64,000 nucleotides of DNA from Planctomycetota bacterium. GTDB lineage: Bacteria; Planctomycetota; UBA8108; SXIK01. Of the stretch, positions 10,448 to 20,622 are shown in pieces. The stretch is taken from NCBI GenBank assembly GCA_965223845.1, contig CBDCXR010000004.1:7104001-7168000 (forward strand). The letters are read 5' to 3'. Position 1 is the first letter of the stretch, and every line of letters begins with the position of its first letter. Made by a program: the position numbers and the translations under genes. Below the pieces are notes generated by a model that was given only the letters and a program-made list of their open reading frames with translations, made no database searches and was not told the DNA's origin.

Positions 10448-10776
10448 TGAATTCGGTCGCCCCGAAGGGGACGCCGCCCGAGTGGCGCGGTCCGCGCGGC
10501 GTTTCGCGGGTTCGGAGCCCAACAACCTTAACGGGGATGCCGCCGCGCGGAAAGTCCACACCGGGAGCGGGCCGGATCTCGTCCCGGAACGACTTTAGAA
10601 TAGAGCGCCGAACCTCGGCGCCGCGCGTGGAGTTCTCCGGGAGAGTGGGCGCGCCGCGAGCGATCGCGGTTCGGGTACACTGGCGGCTTCAGCCTTCCTC
10701 GAATCGGAGTGGCGGTCGTCGTCTCGGCGGCGAGGGAGCCTGCCGAGCCCACCCGGTGATCTCGCCAACGATCACG

Positions 10777-11652
10777 ATGAACAGTTCCGAAAAAGTGCGT
10801 GACGATACCGCCGCGCCCGGGAATGGGTGCGCGCCGATCAGCGCCGTTCTCGCGGTGCGCGACGAGGCATCGCAGCTTCGGGAGGCGCTCGAGCAGCTGT
10901 CGTTTTGCGCCGAGATCGTCGTCGTCGACATGGGGAGCGTCGACGGTTCGCTGGAGATCGCGCGCGAACTGGCCGATAAGTGCATCAGCCACGACGGGGG
11001 GCCGCACGCGCTGATCCACGTCAACAAGAACGTAGGGATCGACGCGGCCTCCCACGAGTGGGTGCTCAACCTGGACGCCGACGAACGGCTGACGCCCGAG
11101 CTTCGCGCCGAGATCATCGAGGTAGTCGCAGACCCCGATCCGGAAGTCGTCGCCTACGGGCTGCCGTTCACGCACTACTTTTTCGGACGTTATCTTCGCT
11201 ACGGCGGGTTTCGCGGTCCACTCGTTCGTCTCTTTCGCCGCGACCGGTTTCGCTACGGCGAGGAGCGCGCTCATTCGGCTCCGGCCATCGACGGTCGTAC
11301 CGAGGTGCTGAAGAATCTCGTGGTCCACTTCAATCATCCGACGATCGCAAGCTTCGTCGAGAAGATGAATCGCTACACCTCGAGCGACGCGCCACTCGCG
11401 ATCGAGCACGGTCGCGGAGGGCTCCGCAACCGCCCCGTCCCGCAGCGCTTCGGATGGGCTCTCGCCACGGCGCCCTTCCGGGTGTTCTGGAACCGCTACG
11501 TACGCCACCAGGGATTCCGCGACGGCGCCCACGGATTCGTCGCCGCGGTTCTGATGGGGGCCTATCAGTTCGTCGAGCACGGAAAGATGTGGGAGTGCCT
11601 CCACGCGAGTTCGGGTGGCGCGGCGAAGACCGAGGCAGATCGCGATGACTGA
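10777..11652 (+). CDS. Glycosyltransferase family 2 (LPS beta-1,4-glucosyltransferase-like)
   Basis: EIVVVDMGSVDG; WVLNLDADER; RLFRR; GFRDGAHG C-terminal motif. Confidence 0.9.
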   Translation: MNSSEKVRDDTAAPGNGCAPISAVLAVRDEASQLREALEQLSFCAEIVVVDMGSVDGSLEIARELADKCISHDGGPHALIHVNKNVGIDAASHEWVLNLDADERLTPELRAEIIEVVADPDPEVVAYGLPFTHYFFGRYLRYGGFRGPLVRLFRRDRFRYGEERAHSAPAIDGRTEVLKNLVVHFNHPTIASFVEKMNRYTSSDAPLAIEHGRGGLRNRPVPQRFGWALATAPFRVFWNRYVRHQGFRDGAHGFVAAVLMGAYQFVEHGKMWECLHASSGGAAKTEADRDD

Positions 11653-13741
11653 TTCGCCCGAGAGCGCTCCGAACGCCGGACCGGCGAGTGAACGCGCCGC
11701 GGCGGATTCTACTTCTTCCGCCTCGGCCGCGCGTTCGGGAGCCGTCGACGAGCCGGTGTTCGCGGCCACCGGCGTTTGGCACTTCTACCGGAGCGTCATT
11801 CGCAACTACTGGCGACGGTTCGCGCTCATGCTCGGGCTCACGACGGCGTACACCGGCGTTACGATCGCGCGCCTCGGCGCATTCGGCGTGCTTCTCGCCG
11901 CGCTCCGGTACAAATTCGGGAACTCCGACGCTCCGCCTGAGACCATCGTTCACCTGAGCAATGGGCTGGAGTGGATCGGGCAGTCCGTCGACTTCACGCA
12001 GCTTCGCGCAGCGGCGAACAACGACTTTCTGTACACCTTCCTCGGCGCCATGATCGTCGCGTTCATGATCGCGGCGCTGTTCTCGGCGTTTGCGTTCTTC
12101 TTTAAGGACTATTTCGCCCAGTCGATTACGTTTCGCGCTTCCGCCGACATCCGACGGGCGATGTTCAACCACCTCACTCGGCAGTCGGTGGCGTACTTCA
12201 ATCGCCAGCGCTCCGGCGATGTGATTTCGCGCCTTACGAACGACGTTGGAACCGTGCAACTCAGCTTTAGGTTCTTTTTCCAGAACGTCGTTCAGGAGCC
12301 GATTCGCATCGTGTCGCTCCTCTGCGTCGCCTGCATTGCGAGCCCGATGCTGTTCGGGCTCACACTCCCGCTCTACGCAGTGATCATGTGGCCCATGTTC
12401 CGGGCGGGAAAGAAGGTGATCAAGCACGGGCGCGGACGCCAAGTGAAGCTCGGACTCGTCACCGAGGCGATTCAGCAACTCTTCGGCGGCATCCGCATCG
12501 TCAAGGCGTTCGGGATGGAGGCGCACGAACGTTCGCGCTTCGTGCAGAAGAACGCAGAGCTCGTCAAGAGCTCGCTCCGCATGGTGAAGGCGAAGGCGAA
12601 GGGGCGGTCTCTCCAGGAGCTCCTCTACAACGTCGGCGTCGCCGGCTTTCTCTTCGCGGCGGTGTGGCTCCTCGCCGAGGGCGTGATGGAGCTCGAAGTG
12701 CTGCTCGTGTTCATCCTCGCGATCGTCGACACGTACCATCCCATCAAAGCGCTCTCGAAGGCGTACAACACGATGATGGAGGCGAGGGCGGGCGTCGAGC
12801 GAGTGATCGAGGTTCTGGGCGAGCGTCCGCTCATCGCCGACGATGCTACGCTCGAGGAGTTTCCCGGCCTGCGCGAAGAGATCCGCTTCGAGGGTGTTGA
12901 TTTCTCCTACGATCACGTCGAGGCCGAGCTCGCGAAGGAGATCCTCAACGCCGAGCCGAGTTCCACCGAGGAGCCGGCGCCCGTCGAGCCACTCGTCGAC
13001 GAGGAGCGGCCGTTCCCGGGCGTCATCCAAGGCGTGTCGCTCGACGTGAAGGCGGGTGAAGTGGTCGCGCTCGTCGGGCCGAGCGGCGCGGGCAAGTCGA
13101 CGCTGGTCGATCTTCTCGCGCGCTTCTACGATCCGCAGGCCGGACGCATCCTCGTCGACGGCGTCGACATCCGCCGTTACCGGCAGTCTTCGTACGTGCG
13201 CGCGATCGCCGTCGTGTCGCAGGATCCCTTTCTTTTCAACGACTCGATCCGCGAGAACGTTCGGTACGGAAAGTCGGACGCGACCGATGCCGAGGTCGAG
13301 GACGCTGCGCGCGTCGCGTGTGCGCACGAGTTCATCCTCGAGCAGCCGGAGGGCTACGAAACCGTGATCGGAGATCGCGGCGTCAAGCTCTCGGGAGGTC
13401 AGCGCCAGCGCATCACCATCGCCCGAGCAGTCCTCAAGAACGCGCCGATCCTCATCCTCGATGAGGCGACGTCCTCTTTAGACACGCGCTCGGAGAGAGA
13501 AGTCCAGGAGGCGATGGAGAACCTGATGCGCGACCGGACGACGTTCGTCATCGCCCATCGCCTCTCGACCATCGTCGGCGCGGACAAGATCGTCGTCCTC
13601 GACGACGGCCGCATCGTCGAGCTTGGGAACCACGACGAGCTCCTCGGGCGGAAGGGGGTGTACTCGCGGCTCTGGCTCTCGCAGAACGCGGGGGGGAGCG
13701 AGGACCCAAGATCGGTGTCGCCGCCGGTGGGCTCGGCCTGA
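11645..13741 (+). CDS. ABC exporter, fused permease and ATPase (MsbA-like)
   Basis: Transmembrane domain followed by Walker A GPSGAGKST, signature LSGGQRQR, Walker B ILILDEATS and IAHRLST. Confidence 0.93.
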   Translation: MTDSPESAPNAGPASERAAADSTSSASAARSGAVDEPVFAATGVWHFYRSVIRNYWRRFALMLGLTTAYTGVTIARLGAFGVLLAALRYKFGNSDAPPETIVHLSNGLEWIGQSVDFTQLRAAANNDFLYTFLGAMIVAFMIAALFSAFAFFFKDYFAQSITFRASADIRRAMFNHLTRQSVAYFNRQRSGDVISRLTNDVGTVQLSFRFFFQNVVQEPIRIVSLLCVACIASPMLFGLTLPLYAVIMWPMFRAGKKVIKHGRGRQVKLGLVTEAIQQLFGGIRIVKAFGMEAHERSRFVQKNAELVKSSLRMVKAKAKGRSLQELLYNVGVAGFLFAAVWLLAEGVMELEVLLVFILAIVDTYHPIKALSKAYNTMMEARAGVERVIEVLGERPLIADDATLEEFPGLREEIRFEGVDFSYDHVEAELAKEILNAEPSSTEEPAPVEPLVDEERPFPGVIQGVSLDVKAGEVVALVGPSGAGKSTLVDLLARFYDPQAGRILVDGVDIRRYRQSSYVRAIAVVSQDPFLFNDSIRENVRYGKSDATDAEVEDAARVACAHEFILEQPEGYETVIGDRGVKLSGGQRQRITIARAVLKNAPILILDEATSSLDTRSEREVQEAMENLMRDRTTFVIAHRLSTIVGADKIVVLDDGRIVELGNHDELLGRKGVYSRLWLSQNAGGSEDPRSVSPPVGSA

Positions 13742-13814
13742 TCGAAAGAGCTCTCGGGCGGGGCCCGTTCGTCCGGCCGGGCGAGGTCGAACCTCGTTCG
13801 ATGTTTTCGCTTCG

Positions 13815-14549
13815 CTAGCCTCGTCTCGTACTCTTCGCGCCCTCGCCCGCTCCCTCGTCTCGAACGCTCGCGAGCACCGCTCGGCCGTAGCGCCGGACTC
13901 GACCCTCGCCGAAGCCCTTCACCGCCGCGAGCTCACCGAGATCTCGCGGGCGTGCGGCGGCGATCGCCGCCAAGACAGTGTTCGGGAACACGCAGAACGC
14001 CGAGACCCGATGCGACTCGGCGAGTTCCCGCCGAACGCGCCAGAGTCGCTCCTCCTCGCGCGGGTTGTCGCCGAGACAAGGCGTCGACGGGAGGAGGCCG
14101 CTCGCGATGATCGACGGGTCTTCGATGAGTGCGCGCCCGCCGGTCGTGAGGATGAGCCGGCTCTGCGGAAGCTCCTCGAGCCAGCCGTGCGCGCGCAGCG
14201 ACTCGACGAATCGTTCGACCCACTCGGGCGAGATCGCCGCGAAGACTCCACGCACGGTTGCGAGTGGGGGCGACTCGCCCTCGGCCGGGCGGACCGTGCC
14301 GCGGAGAAGCTGGACGAGCTGGCGTGCTGTCGGCGGACGCGCGTGCTCGGCCGCAAACGTCGCCGCGGCGACGAGCGCGAGCCGCGCGAGCGCCGACTCG
14401 AAGACGCGGAGGATCGGCTCCGCGGTGTCGAGAGCGGCAGCGCTCGGACTTCGAACGCCGGTGCCAGGCATCTCTCGTTCGCCGGGGGCGGACTTCGAGT
14501 TTAGATCGGTGATCGCCCGAATTCGCCGAGTCTCAGACGTTGTTTTCAC
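13815..14549 (-). CDS. Stand-alone RQC-like winged helix plus HRDC domain protein
   Basis: C-terminal HRDC-like RLWRVRRELAESHRVSAFCVFPNTVLAAIAAARPRDLGELAAVKGFGEGRVRRYGRAVL; upstream QLVQLLRG...LRAHGWLE...LILTTGG resembles RQC. GTG 14549 follows AGGAGG (alternative ATG 14471). Confidence 0.75.
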   Translation of the reverse strand: MKTTSETRRIRAITDLNSKSAPGEREMPGTGVRSPSAAALDTAEPILRVFESALARLALVAAATFAAEHARPPTARQLVQLLRGTVRPAEGESPPLATVRGVFAAISPEWVERFVESLRAHGWLEELPQSRLILTTGGRALIEDPSIIASGLLPSTPCLGDNPREEERLWRVRRELAESHRVSAFCVFPNTVLAAIAAARPRDLGELAAVKGFGEGRVRRYGRAVLASVRDEGAGEGAKSTRRG

Positions 14550-14598
14550 GGAGCCTCCTGACGGAGGCGCATCCGGACGGCGGTGGGTCGGCTTTGGG

Positions 14599-14626
14599 AG
14601 TATAGAGCGCGATCGACCGGTCGCAA
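14599..14626 (-). promoter_or_regulatory. Putative sigma70 promoter for the HRDC gene
   Basis: Minus strand TTGCGA-N16-TATACT about 50 nt upstream of the GTG start. Confidence 0.45.
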
Positions 14627-14776
14627 GCGGTGCGGGACAGTTGAGACCCGTCGACCGACAGCTCGAACGCGGAGAAGTGGCGCGGGATCGCGGAGCGCCG
14701 CGGAGCAGACGCGGGACGAATCGTGGGCGTCGACTCCGCCCGCGGTCGCCCAACTCCGTTCCTCGCGCTCGCGAAC

Positions 14777-15859
14777 CTACAGGCGCCGCTCGTGCAGGAG
14801 ATGGAGCAGGGGATTCCCGTCGATGAGCGATCGCCGCGCGGGATAGACGATCACGAGACCCGCGACGAATCCCCCGACGTGGGCCATCCAGCCCGTGTGC
14901 GTGACTTCGCCCGTTGGATCGAAGCTCGCGCCGACGACTTGAAGGGCGAACCAAAAGCTGAGCCACGCCCACGCCGGCGCCCGAATTTGGACGACGATCA
15001 ACATGAAAGTGAGCTCCGCGTCGCGGAACAGAATCAGGTACGCGGCCATCACACCGGCGATCGCACCGCTCGCGCCGACGAGCGCGCTCCCTCCGGGCGC
15101 GGCGACGATCGTGTGCAGAGTCCCGCCGGCGACGCCGCACGTCAGGAAGAGAAGGAGGAAGAGTCGCTTCCCGACGACGTCCTCGACGTTGTCTCCGATG
15201 ATATAGAGGAAGTAGAGATTGCCGACGAGATGCAGCCAGCCGGCGTGGACGAACATGTGAGTGACGAGAGTGCAGAACCCCCACGCCGACGGCAGATTCT
15301 CGCGCACGATCCCGAGCTCGTCGAAGCGACTCGACCCGCCGAGCATCTGAACGACGAGACAGACCGCGATGATCGCCGCCGTGATGACCGGTGGGCGCCG
15401 GGGCGGCACGTTGAACTCGATCGGAAGTCCGAGGATGAGCTGAAAGAACCACTCGCCCCAGGAAGTAGAACGGTCCGATTCCTTTCGGTGCCTCTCCCAC
15501 GAGCGGAGAGCTTCGAGATACTCCCACTCGCGGTGATCGAACCAGACTCCACCGCAGTGATCACATTGGTCGATCTCGAGGTCGCGGATTCCCCGAACGT
15601 GAAGGGCAGTGAAGGACTTCCGGCACTCGGGACACTCGAGCTCACTCGGACCCGCATCGATGATGTCCGGCGCGCGCTCGAGGAATGGCCCGACGATCGG
15701 CGCGGTGCCGTGTCGCTGGTGATCCCAGCTCGTCGGCGTGCACCAAAGCCCACTGCAGTTGGTGCAGATTTCGAGTGGCGTCCCTTCGTATTGAACGGGC
15801 TCGAGGCTGAGATCTCCGCAGCGCGGACAGCGATAGGGAAGGCCGGCTCGTTCGGGCAT
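14777..15859 (-). CDS. Rhomboid intramembrane serine protease with two N-terminal zf-TFIIB-like zinc ribbons
   Basis: CPRC...CTNCSGLW and CPEC...CDHCGGVWFD; rhomboid motifs HAGWLHLVGN, GASGAI, AHVGGF. Confidence 0.92.
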   Translation of the reverse strand: MPERAGLPYRCPRCGDLSLEPVQYEGTPLEICTNCSGLWCTPTSWDHQRHGTAPIVGPFLERAPDIIDAGPSELECPECRKSFTALHVRGIRDLEIDQCDHCGGVWFDHREWEYLEALRSWERHRKESDRSTSWGEWFFQLILGLPIEFNVPPRRPPVITAAIIAVCLVVQMLGGSSRFDELGIVRENLPSAWGFCTLVTHMFVHAGWLHLVGNLYFLYIIGDNVEDVVGKRLFLLLFLTCGVAGGTLHTIVAAPGGSALVGASGAIAGVMAAYLILFRDAELTFMLIVVQIRAPAWAWLSFWFALQVVGASFDPTGEVTHTGWMAHVGGFVAGLVIVYPARRSLIDGNPLLHLLHERRL

Positions 15860-15866
15860 CGGTCGT

Positions 15867-17189
15867 CTACCGCGTCGGGCTCTCGTGCATCGCGGCGTCG
15901 AGCTCGCGTGCGATCGCATCGAAGACCCACTCCACTTCGTCGTCCGTGATCACGTACGGCGGAACGAAGTAAAGGACGTTCCCGAGCGGCCGGAGAAAGA
16001 TCCCCGCGTCGAGCAGGCGCCGCGTGATCCGCGGGCCGCGGTCGTCGAGGTAGCCGCCGCGAGTTTCCGGCTTCAGCTCGAGCGCGGCGACGCCGCCGAT
16101 GCCGCGAGTCTCGGAGACGAGCGGATGATCGTCGAGGTGATCGAGTCGAGCGCGAAAGCGCGATTCGAGCTCGCCGACCCGGCCGAGGCGATCCGTTTCG
16201 TCGAAGATCGCGAGGCTTTCGAGCGCGACGGCGCAGCCGAGAGCGTTCCCGGTGTACGAGTGACCGTGAAAGAACGCGCGCGCGCGGTCGTCGCTGAGGA
16301 ACGCACCGAAGATTTCGTCCGACGCGAGCGTCGCCGCGAGGGGGAGATAGCCGCCGGTCAGCGCCTTCGAGACGCACAGGATGTCGGGTTCGATCGGGCC
16401 GTGCTCGCACGCGAAAACGCAACCCGTGCGGCCGAATCCGGTGAAGACTTCGTCGGCGATGAGCGGGATGCCGCGGTCGCGCGTCGCGCTCCGGATTTTC
16501 CGTAAGCGCTCGGCGTCCCAACAGATCATTCCGCCGGCCCCTTGAAGCATGGGCTCGATGATGACGGCCGCGACGCGATCTCCCTCTTCGGCGAGCAGGC
16601 GATCGAGAGGGTCGTCGCTCTCGAGCGACGGATCGAGTCGGGTGGGGATGCGACGGACGCGGAAGAACAGGTCGCTGAACTCTGCGTGGAACACCGAGAC
16701 GTCGCCGACGGCCATCGCACCGAAAGTGTCGCCGTGGTACGCGTTCTCGAGGGAGACGAAGGTGTCGCGTCGCTTGTCGCCGCGGTAGCGCCAGTATTGG
16801 TACGCCATCTTGAGCGCCGCTTCGACGGCAGTCGAACCGTCGTCCGAGTAGAAGACATGGGGCAGGTCGCCCGGTGCGCGTCGCGCGAGCTCGGCGGCGA
16901 GGCGCGCTGCCGGTTCATGGGTAAACCCCGCCGACATCACGTGGGCCATCTCGCCCGCCTGCTGCGCGAGCGCGGCGTTCAGTCGCGGGTGATTGTGGCC
17001 GTGGATGTTCACCCACCACGACGAGATCCCGTCGAGATAGCGCCGGCCGTCCGCCGCGAAAAAGTAGACGCCGTCGGCTCGCGCGATCGGAATCGGCGGC
17101 CGGGCGTTCTGCATTTGGGTGTACGGCTGCCAGATGTGGCGCCGCGCCGTGTGAACCCATTCCGGTGTGGGGGGAGAGGTCGTACTCAT
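15867..17189 (-). CDS. bioA: Adenosylmethionine-8-amino-7-oxononanoate aminotransferase
   Basis: HIWQPYTQM, SSWWVNIHGH, YHGDTFGAM, IADEVFTGFGRTG, SKALTGG; biotin operon context. Confidence 0.96.
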   Translation of the reverse strand: MSTTSPPTPEWVHTARRHIWQPYTQMQNARPPIPIARADGVYFFAADGRRYLDGISSWWVNIHGHNHPRLNAALAQQAGEMAHVMSAGFTHEPAARLAAELARRAPGDLPHVFYSDDGSTAVEAALKMAYQYWRYRGDKRRDTFVSLENAYHGDTFGAMAVGDVSVFHAEFSDLFFRVRRIPTRLDPSLESDDPLDRLLAEEGDRVAAVIIEPMLQGAGGMICWDAERLRKIRSATRDRGIPLIADEVFTGFGRTGCVFACEHGPIEPDILCVSKALTGGYLPLAATLASDEIFGAFLSDDRARAFFHGHSYTGNALGCAVALESLAIFDETDRLGRVGELESRFRARLDHLDDHPLVSETRGIGGVAALELKPETRGGYLDDRGPRITRRLLDAGIFLRPLGNVLYFVPPYVITDDEVEWVFDAIARELDAAMHESPTR

Positions 17190-17333
17190 GCTCGCTACTT
17201 TGGTTGAAGGCGTCGCCAACAGGTCGCTCGATCCTAACCGAGATCGATCGCGAAGACTCTGGGTGGACACCAGCTTGCTCTCGCGGGTCGTTGGCGGTCG
17301 CGAGCACCGAGGCTTTCCGCCCAGGCCCGTCAC

Positions 17334-17999
17334 TCAATCGAAGAACCGCTTCAGCTTCCCCCGCCGATCAAACCCGCGCGCTGCCCGCTCCGCGCTCGCG
17401 CGCCCGAGCCGCCGAATCGGATCGACCTCGGCCAGCACGTCGACCTCGCCGAGCCGCGCGATCGTCCGGCGATTGTCTCGATGTCGCGGTCCATTCAGTA
17501 CGACGCCCGCGATCTCGACCTCGCGCCGCCGAAGTGCCTCCAGCGTGAGCAGCGTGTGGTTGATCGTTCCGAGACCACTCGCCGCGACGACGACGCACGG
17601 GAGGTGGAGGTCCCGGACGAAGTCGGCAACGGAGTAACCGTTCTCGGTAAGCGGTACGAGCGCGCCGCCGATGCCTTCGACGATCATCGCCCGGTCGCCG
17701 TCGCTCGTCGCGTGGGCAACGAGTTCCGCGAAGAGCCGCTCGGGATCGATCGACTTTCGCGCCCGTCGCGCCGCATCGTGAGGGGCGATCGGGGGACGAA
17801 AGCTGTAGACCTCCGGGAGAATCTCGACGCGATGCCCGACGAGCCGCCGCACCGCCTCGCTGTCGCTCCCCTCGTCGGCTCCAGTCGCGATCGGCTTCCA
17901 GTACGCGAGCGGGCCGCGGTTCGCGTAGCGAAGCGCGATGAGAGCCGAGGTGACCGTCTTTCCGACCTCCGTTCCGGTCGCGGTGACGAAGAGGCTCAT
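17334..17999 (-). CDS. bioD: Dethiobiotin synthase
   Basis: FVTATGTEVGKT, WKPIATG, IVEGIGG, LGTINHTLLT. Confidence 0.95.
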   Translation of the reverse strand: MSLFVTATGTEVGKTVTSALIALRYANRGPLAYWKPIATGADEGSDSEAVRRLVGHRVEILPEVYSFRPPIAPHDAARRARKSIDPERLFAELVAHATSDGDRAMIVEGIGGALVPLTENGYSVADFVRDLHLPCVVVAASGLGTINHTLLTLEALRRREVEIAGVVLNGPRHRDNRRTIARLGEVDVLAEVDPIRRLGRASAERAARGFDRRGKLKRFFD

Positions 18000-19171
18000 C
18001 GCTCGTGGGCAGGTTCGCCGCGCGTGCACTCCGCGGCGAGAGCGCTCGCGATGGCGTCCGCAAGGCCGTCGATCATCTCGGGCGAATGATCCGCGTGTAC
18101 GGAGACGCGGAGGCGAGCCGTCCCCGGAGCCACCGTCGGCGGCCGGACCGCTCGGACGTCGAATCCCGACTCGCGGACGCGCGCCGCCAGTCGCGTTGCC
18201 GCGTCGTTCTCTCCCGCGATCACCGGGACGATGGGCCCCGCGCTCTGGAGGCAATCGGCTCCGCGGGAGCGGAGGGCCGCGCGCAAACGATCGGCGCGCG
18301 CGAGCACCCGCACGCGACGTTCGGAAGCGGACGCCGCGAGATCGAGCGCGGCTTCGACAGCGCACAAGAAGATCGGCGATGGTGCCGTCGTGAAGATGAA
18401 GGAACGCGCGCAGTTGATCAGCGTGTCGATGACGATCTCCGGTCCGCCGACGAACGCTCCCGAGAGTCCGAGCGCCTTCCCGAGCGTTGAGATGCACGCG
18501 GCGCAGCGCTTTTCGACCCCGAAGTGCTCGACGAGACCGGAGCCCCGCGCGGACCCGTAGACACCCGTCGCGTGAGCGTCGTCGACGATGAGCGAAGCGC
18601 CGGCGCTTTCGACGATCTCCGCGTAGAGGTCGAGCGGAGCGATGTCGCCGTCCATGCTGAAGAGCGATTCGGTGACGAGAAACGTCCGGCCGCCGGCGTG
18701 CGGTTCTTCGAGTGCGCGTACGATGGCGTCGACATCGAGATGAGGCACGATTGTCTTTGTCGCACGCGACAGGCGAATCGCATCGATGAGGCTCGCGTGG
18801 TTTTGCGCGTCGGACACCACGCGATCGTCGGGCGTCACGATCGTCGTCAGTACCGCGAGATTCGCGAGGTAGCCGCTCGTGAAGAGGAGCGCTCCCTCGG
18901 TTCCCTTGTACTCCGCCAGCCGTCGCTCGATCTCGAGATGCTGCGCCGTCGTCCCGCGAAGGAGTCGCGACGCCGGCGCACCGAGGGGCTCGCCGCGGTC
19001 GCTCGCGAGCCGGTCGCTCACGGCTTCGCGGAGCGCCGGATCGTTCGCGATCGCGAGGTAGTCGTTCGAGGTGAAGTCGATCCCCTGGGGGAGCTCGAGA
19101 CGGCGCCGGAGTCCGGCGTGGTCGATGGCTTCGAGCCGCGCCTTCAGCTCCTCGCCGAGCGGATCGGTCAT
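17996..19171 (-). CDS. bioF: 8-amino-7-oxononanoate synthase
   Basis: [46 protein letters not shown]; overlaps bioB and bioD by 4 bp. Confidence 0.95.
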   Translation of the reverse strand: MTDPLGEELKARLEAIDHAGLRRRLELPQGIDFTSNDYLAIANDPALREAVSDRLASDRGEPLGAPASRLLRGTTAQHLEIERRLAEYKGTEGALLFTSGYLANLAVLTTIVTPDDRVVSDAQNHASLIDAIRLSRATKTIVPHLDVDAIVRALEEPHAGGRTFLVTESLFSMDGDIAPLDLYAEIVESAGASLIVDDAHATGVYGSARGSGLVEHFGVEKRCAACISTLGKALGLSGAFVGGPEIVIDTLINCARSFIFTTAPSPIFLCAVEAALDLAASASERRVRVLARADRLRAALRSRGADCLQSAGPIVPVIAGENDAATRLAARVRESGFDVRAVRPPTVAPGTARLRVSVHADHSPEMIDGLADAIASALAAECTRGEPAHER

Positions 19172-20190
19172 CCCGTCGCGCCCGGCGAGTCCGAGTCGTC
19201 GAGCGGCGTCATGCCGAGCTTTGCGAGGAGCGCCGTGTCGCGAGTTTCGCTGGGGTTCGGCGTCGTGAGGAGGCGGTCGCCCGCGAAGATCGAGTTCGCG
19301 CCGGCGAGGAAGCACAGCGCCTGAGATTCGTCGCTCATGTCGGCGCGACCGGCGCTCAGACGAATACGGCTTCTCGGCATAGCGATCCGCGCGGTCGCGA
19401 TCATGCGGACCATCTCGAAGGTGTCCGCCGGACGCTGTCGCTCGAGGGGCGTCCCCGCGACCGCGGCGAGCGCGTTGATCGGCACACTCTCCGGCGGCGG
19501 ATCGAGGCGCGAGAGCACACCGAGCATCGCGATCCGATCCTCGAGGCGCTCGCCCATGCCGATGATCCCGCCCGAACAAACGTGGACGCCCGCCGCGCGG
19601 ACATTCGCGATCGTCTCGAGGCGATCGCCGTAGCTGCGCGTACTGATGATTCGGTCGTAGAACTCAGGGCCGGTGTCGAGGTTGTGGTTGTACGCCGTGA
19701 GACCCGCTTCCGCGAGCCGCTCGGCCTGATCCTTCGTCATCATGCCGAGAGTGCAGCAGGCCTCCATGCCGAGCTCACGGACGTGCCGGACCATCTCGAT
19801 GACGCGGTCGAACTCCTCGCCGTCGCGCACTTCGCGCCACGCGGCACCCATGCAGAAGCGCGTCGAGCCGGACGCTTTCGCTTCGTTGGCGGCCGCCTTG
19901 ACGGTTTCGAGGTCGAGGAGGTCCTCGCGCTCGACTTCCGCTTCGTGGTGCGCGCTCTGGGGGCAGTAGGCGCAGTCCTCGGGACAGCCGCCCGTCTTGA
20001 TGCTGAGCAGCGTGCAGAGCTGGACTTTCGTCGGGTCGTTGTACTCCCGGTGCACCGTCTGAGCGCGGAAGAGGAGCTCTGGGATCGGCAGCGAGTAGAT
20101 TTCGCGGAGCTCGGCGTCCGTCGGGCCGGCCGGCGCGCTCTCGGCGTCGCGGGCGGTGGCGGTGCTCCCGGGCGAGGCGGTATCCGTCAT
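19168..20190 (-). CDS. bioB: Biotin synthase (radical SAM)
   Basis: [39 protein letters not shown]. Confidence 0.97.
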   Translation of the reverse strand: MTDTASPGSTATARDAESAPAGPTDAELREIYSLPIPELLFRAQTVHREYNDPTKVQLCTLLSIKTGGCPEDCAYCPQSAHHEAEVEREDLLDLETVKAAANEAKASGSTRFCMGAAWREVRDGEEFDRVIEMVRHVRELGMEACCTLGMMTKDQAERLAEAGLTAYNHNLDTGPEFYDRIISTRSYGDRLETIANVRAAGVHVCSGGIIGMGERLEDRIAMLGVLSRLDPPPESVPINALAAVAGTPLERQRPADTFEMVRMIATARIAMPRSRIRLSAGRADMSDESQALCFLAGANSIFAGDRLLTTPNPSETRDTALLAKLGMTPLDDSDSPGATG

Positions 20191-20302
20191 GGGTTCCTGG
20201 TTCGAGGTTGGTCGAAGGGGCAGAATCGGCCCACAGTATCGCGGACCGCATCGGGTGCGACAAGTTTTCCGCTGGCGCGGAGTTCCGGCGCGTCACGAGT
20301 TG

Positions 20303-20360
20303 TGTTAGTGTAGCCAAACTTTGATTTGTCGACGGCGTCAAAAGTTGTCCATGCCAAACT
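20303..20360. promoter_or_regulatory. Two imperfect palindromes resembling DtxR/MntR-family operators in the bioB/feoA divergent region
   Basis: TGTTAGTGTAGCCAAACT (20303-20320) and AGTTGTCCATGCCAAACT (20343-20360), both ending GCCAAACT, exactly 40 bp apart in an AT-rich patch. Confidence 0.6.
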
Positions 20361-20394
20361 CTTTCCGGTGCACCGCGCGCCGCGGGGGATTCCG

Positions 20395-20622
20395 ATGACC
20401 ACGCTCCACGATTTCAGACCGGGAGACCGAGGACGGGTCGTCGGGCTGCGGGCGGGCGGTGCGCTCGGTCAGCGTTTGCTCGAGCTCGGCTTCGTCCCGG
20501 GAGCTCCTGTTCGCTTGGTGCGCGTGGCTCCCTTCGGTGATCCTCTCGAGGTCGAGGTTCACCGCTGTCACTTCGCTCTTCGCCGAGCTGACGCCGCGAG
20601 AGTCGAGGTCGAGCGCCGGTGA
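20395..20622 (+). CDS. feoA: Ferrous iron transport protein A
   Basis: QRLLELGFVPG...APFGDPLEVEV...FALRR; overlaps feoB by GTGA. Confidence 0.93.
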   Translation: MTTLHDFRPGDRGRVVGLRAGGALGQRLLELGFVPGAPVRLVRVAPFGDPLEVEVHRCHFALRRADAARVEVERR

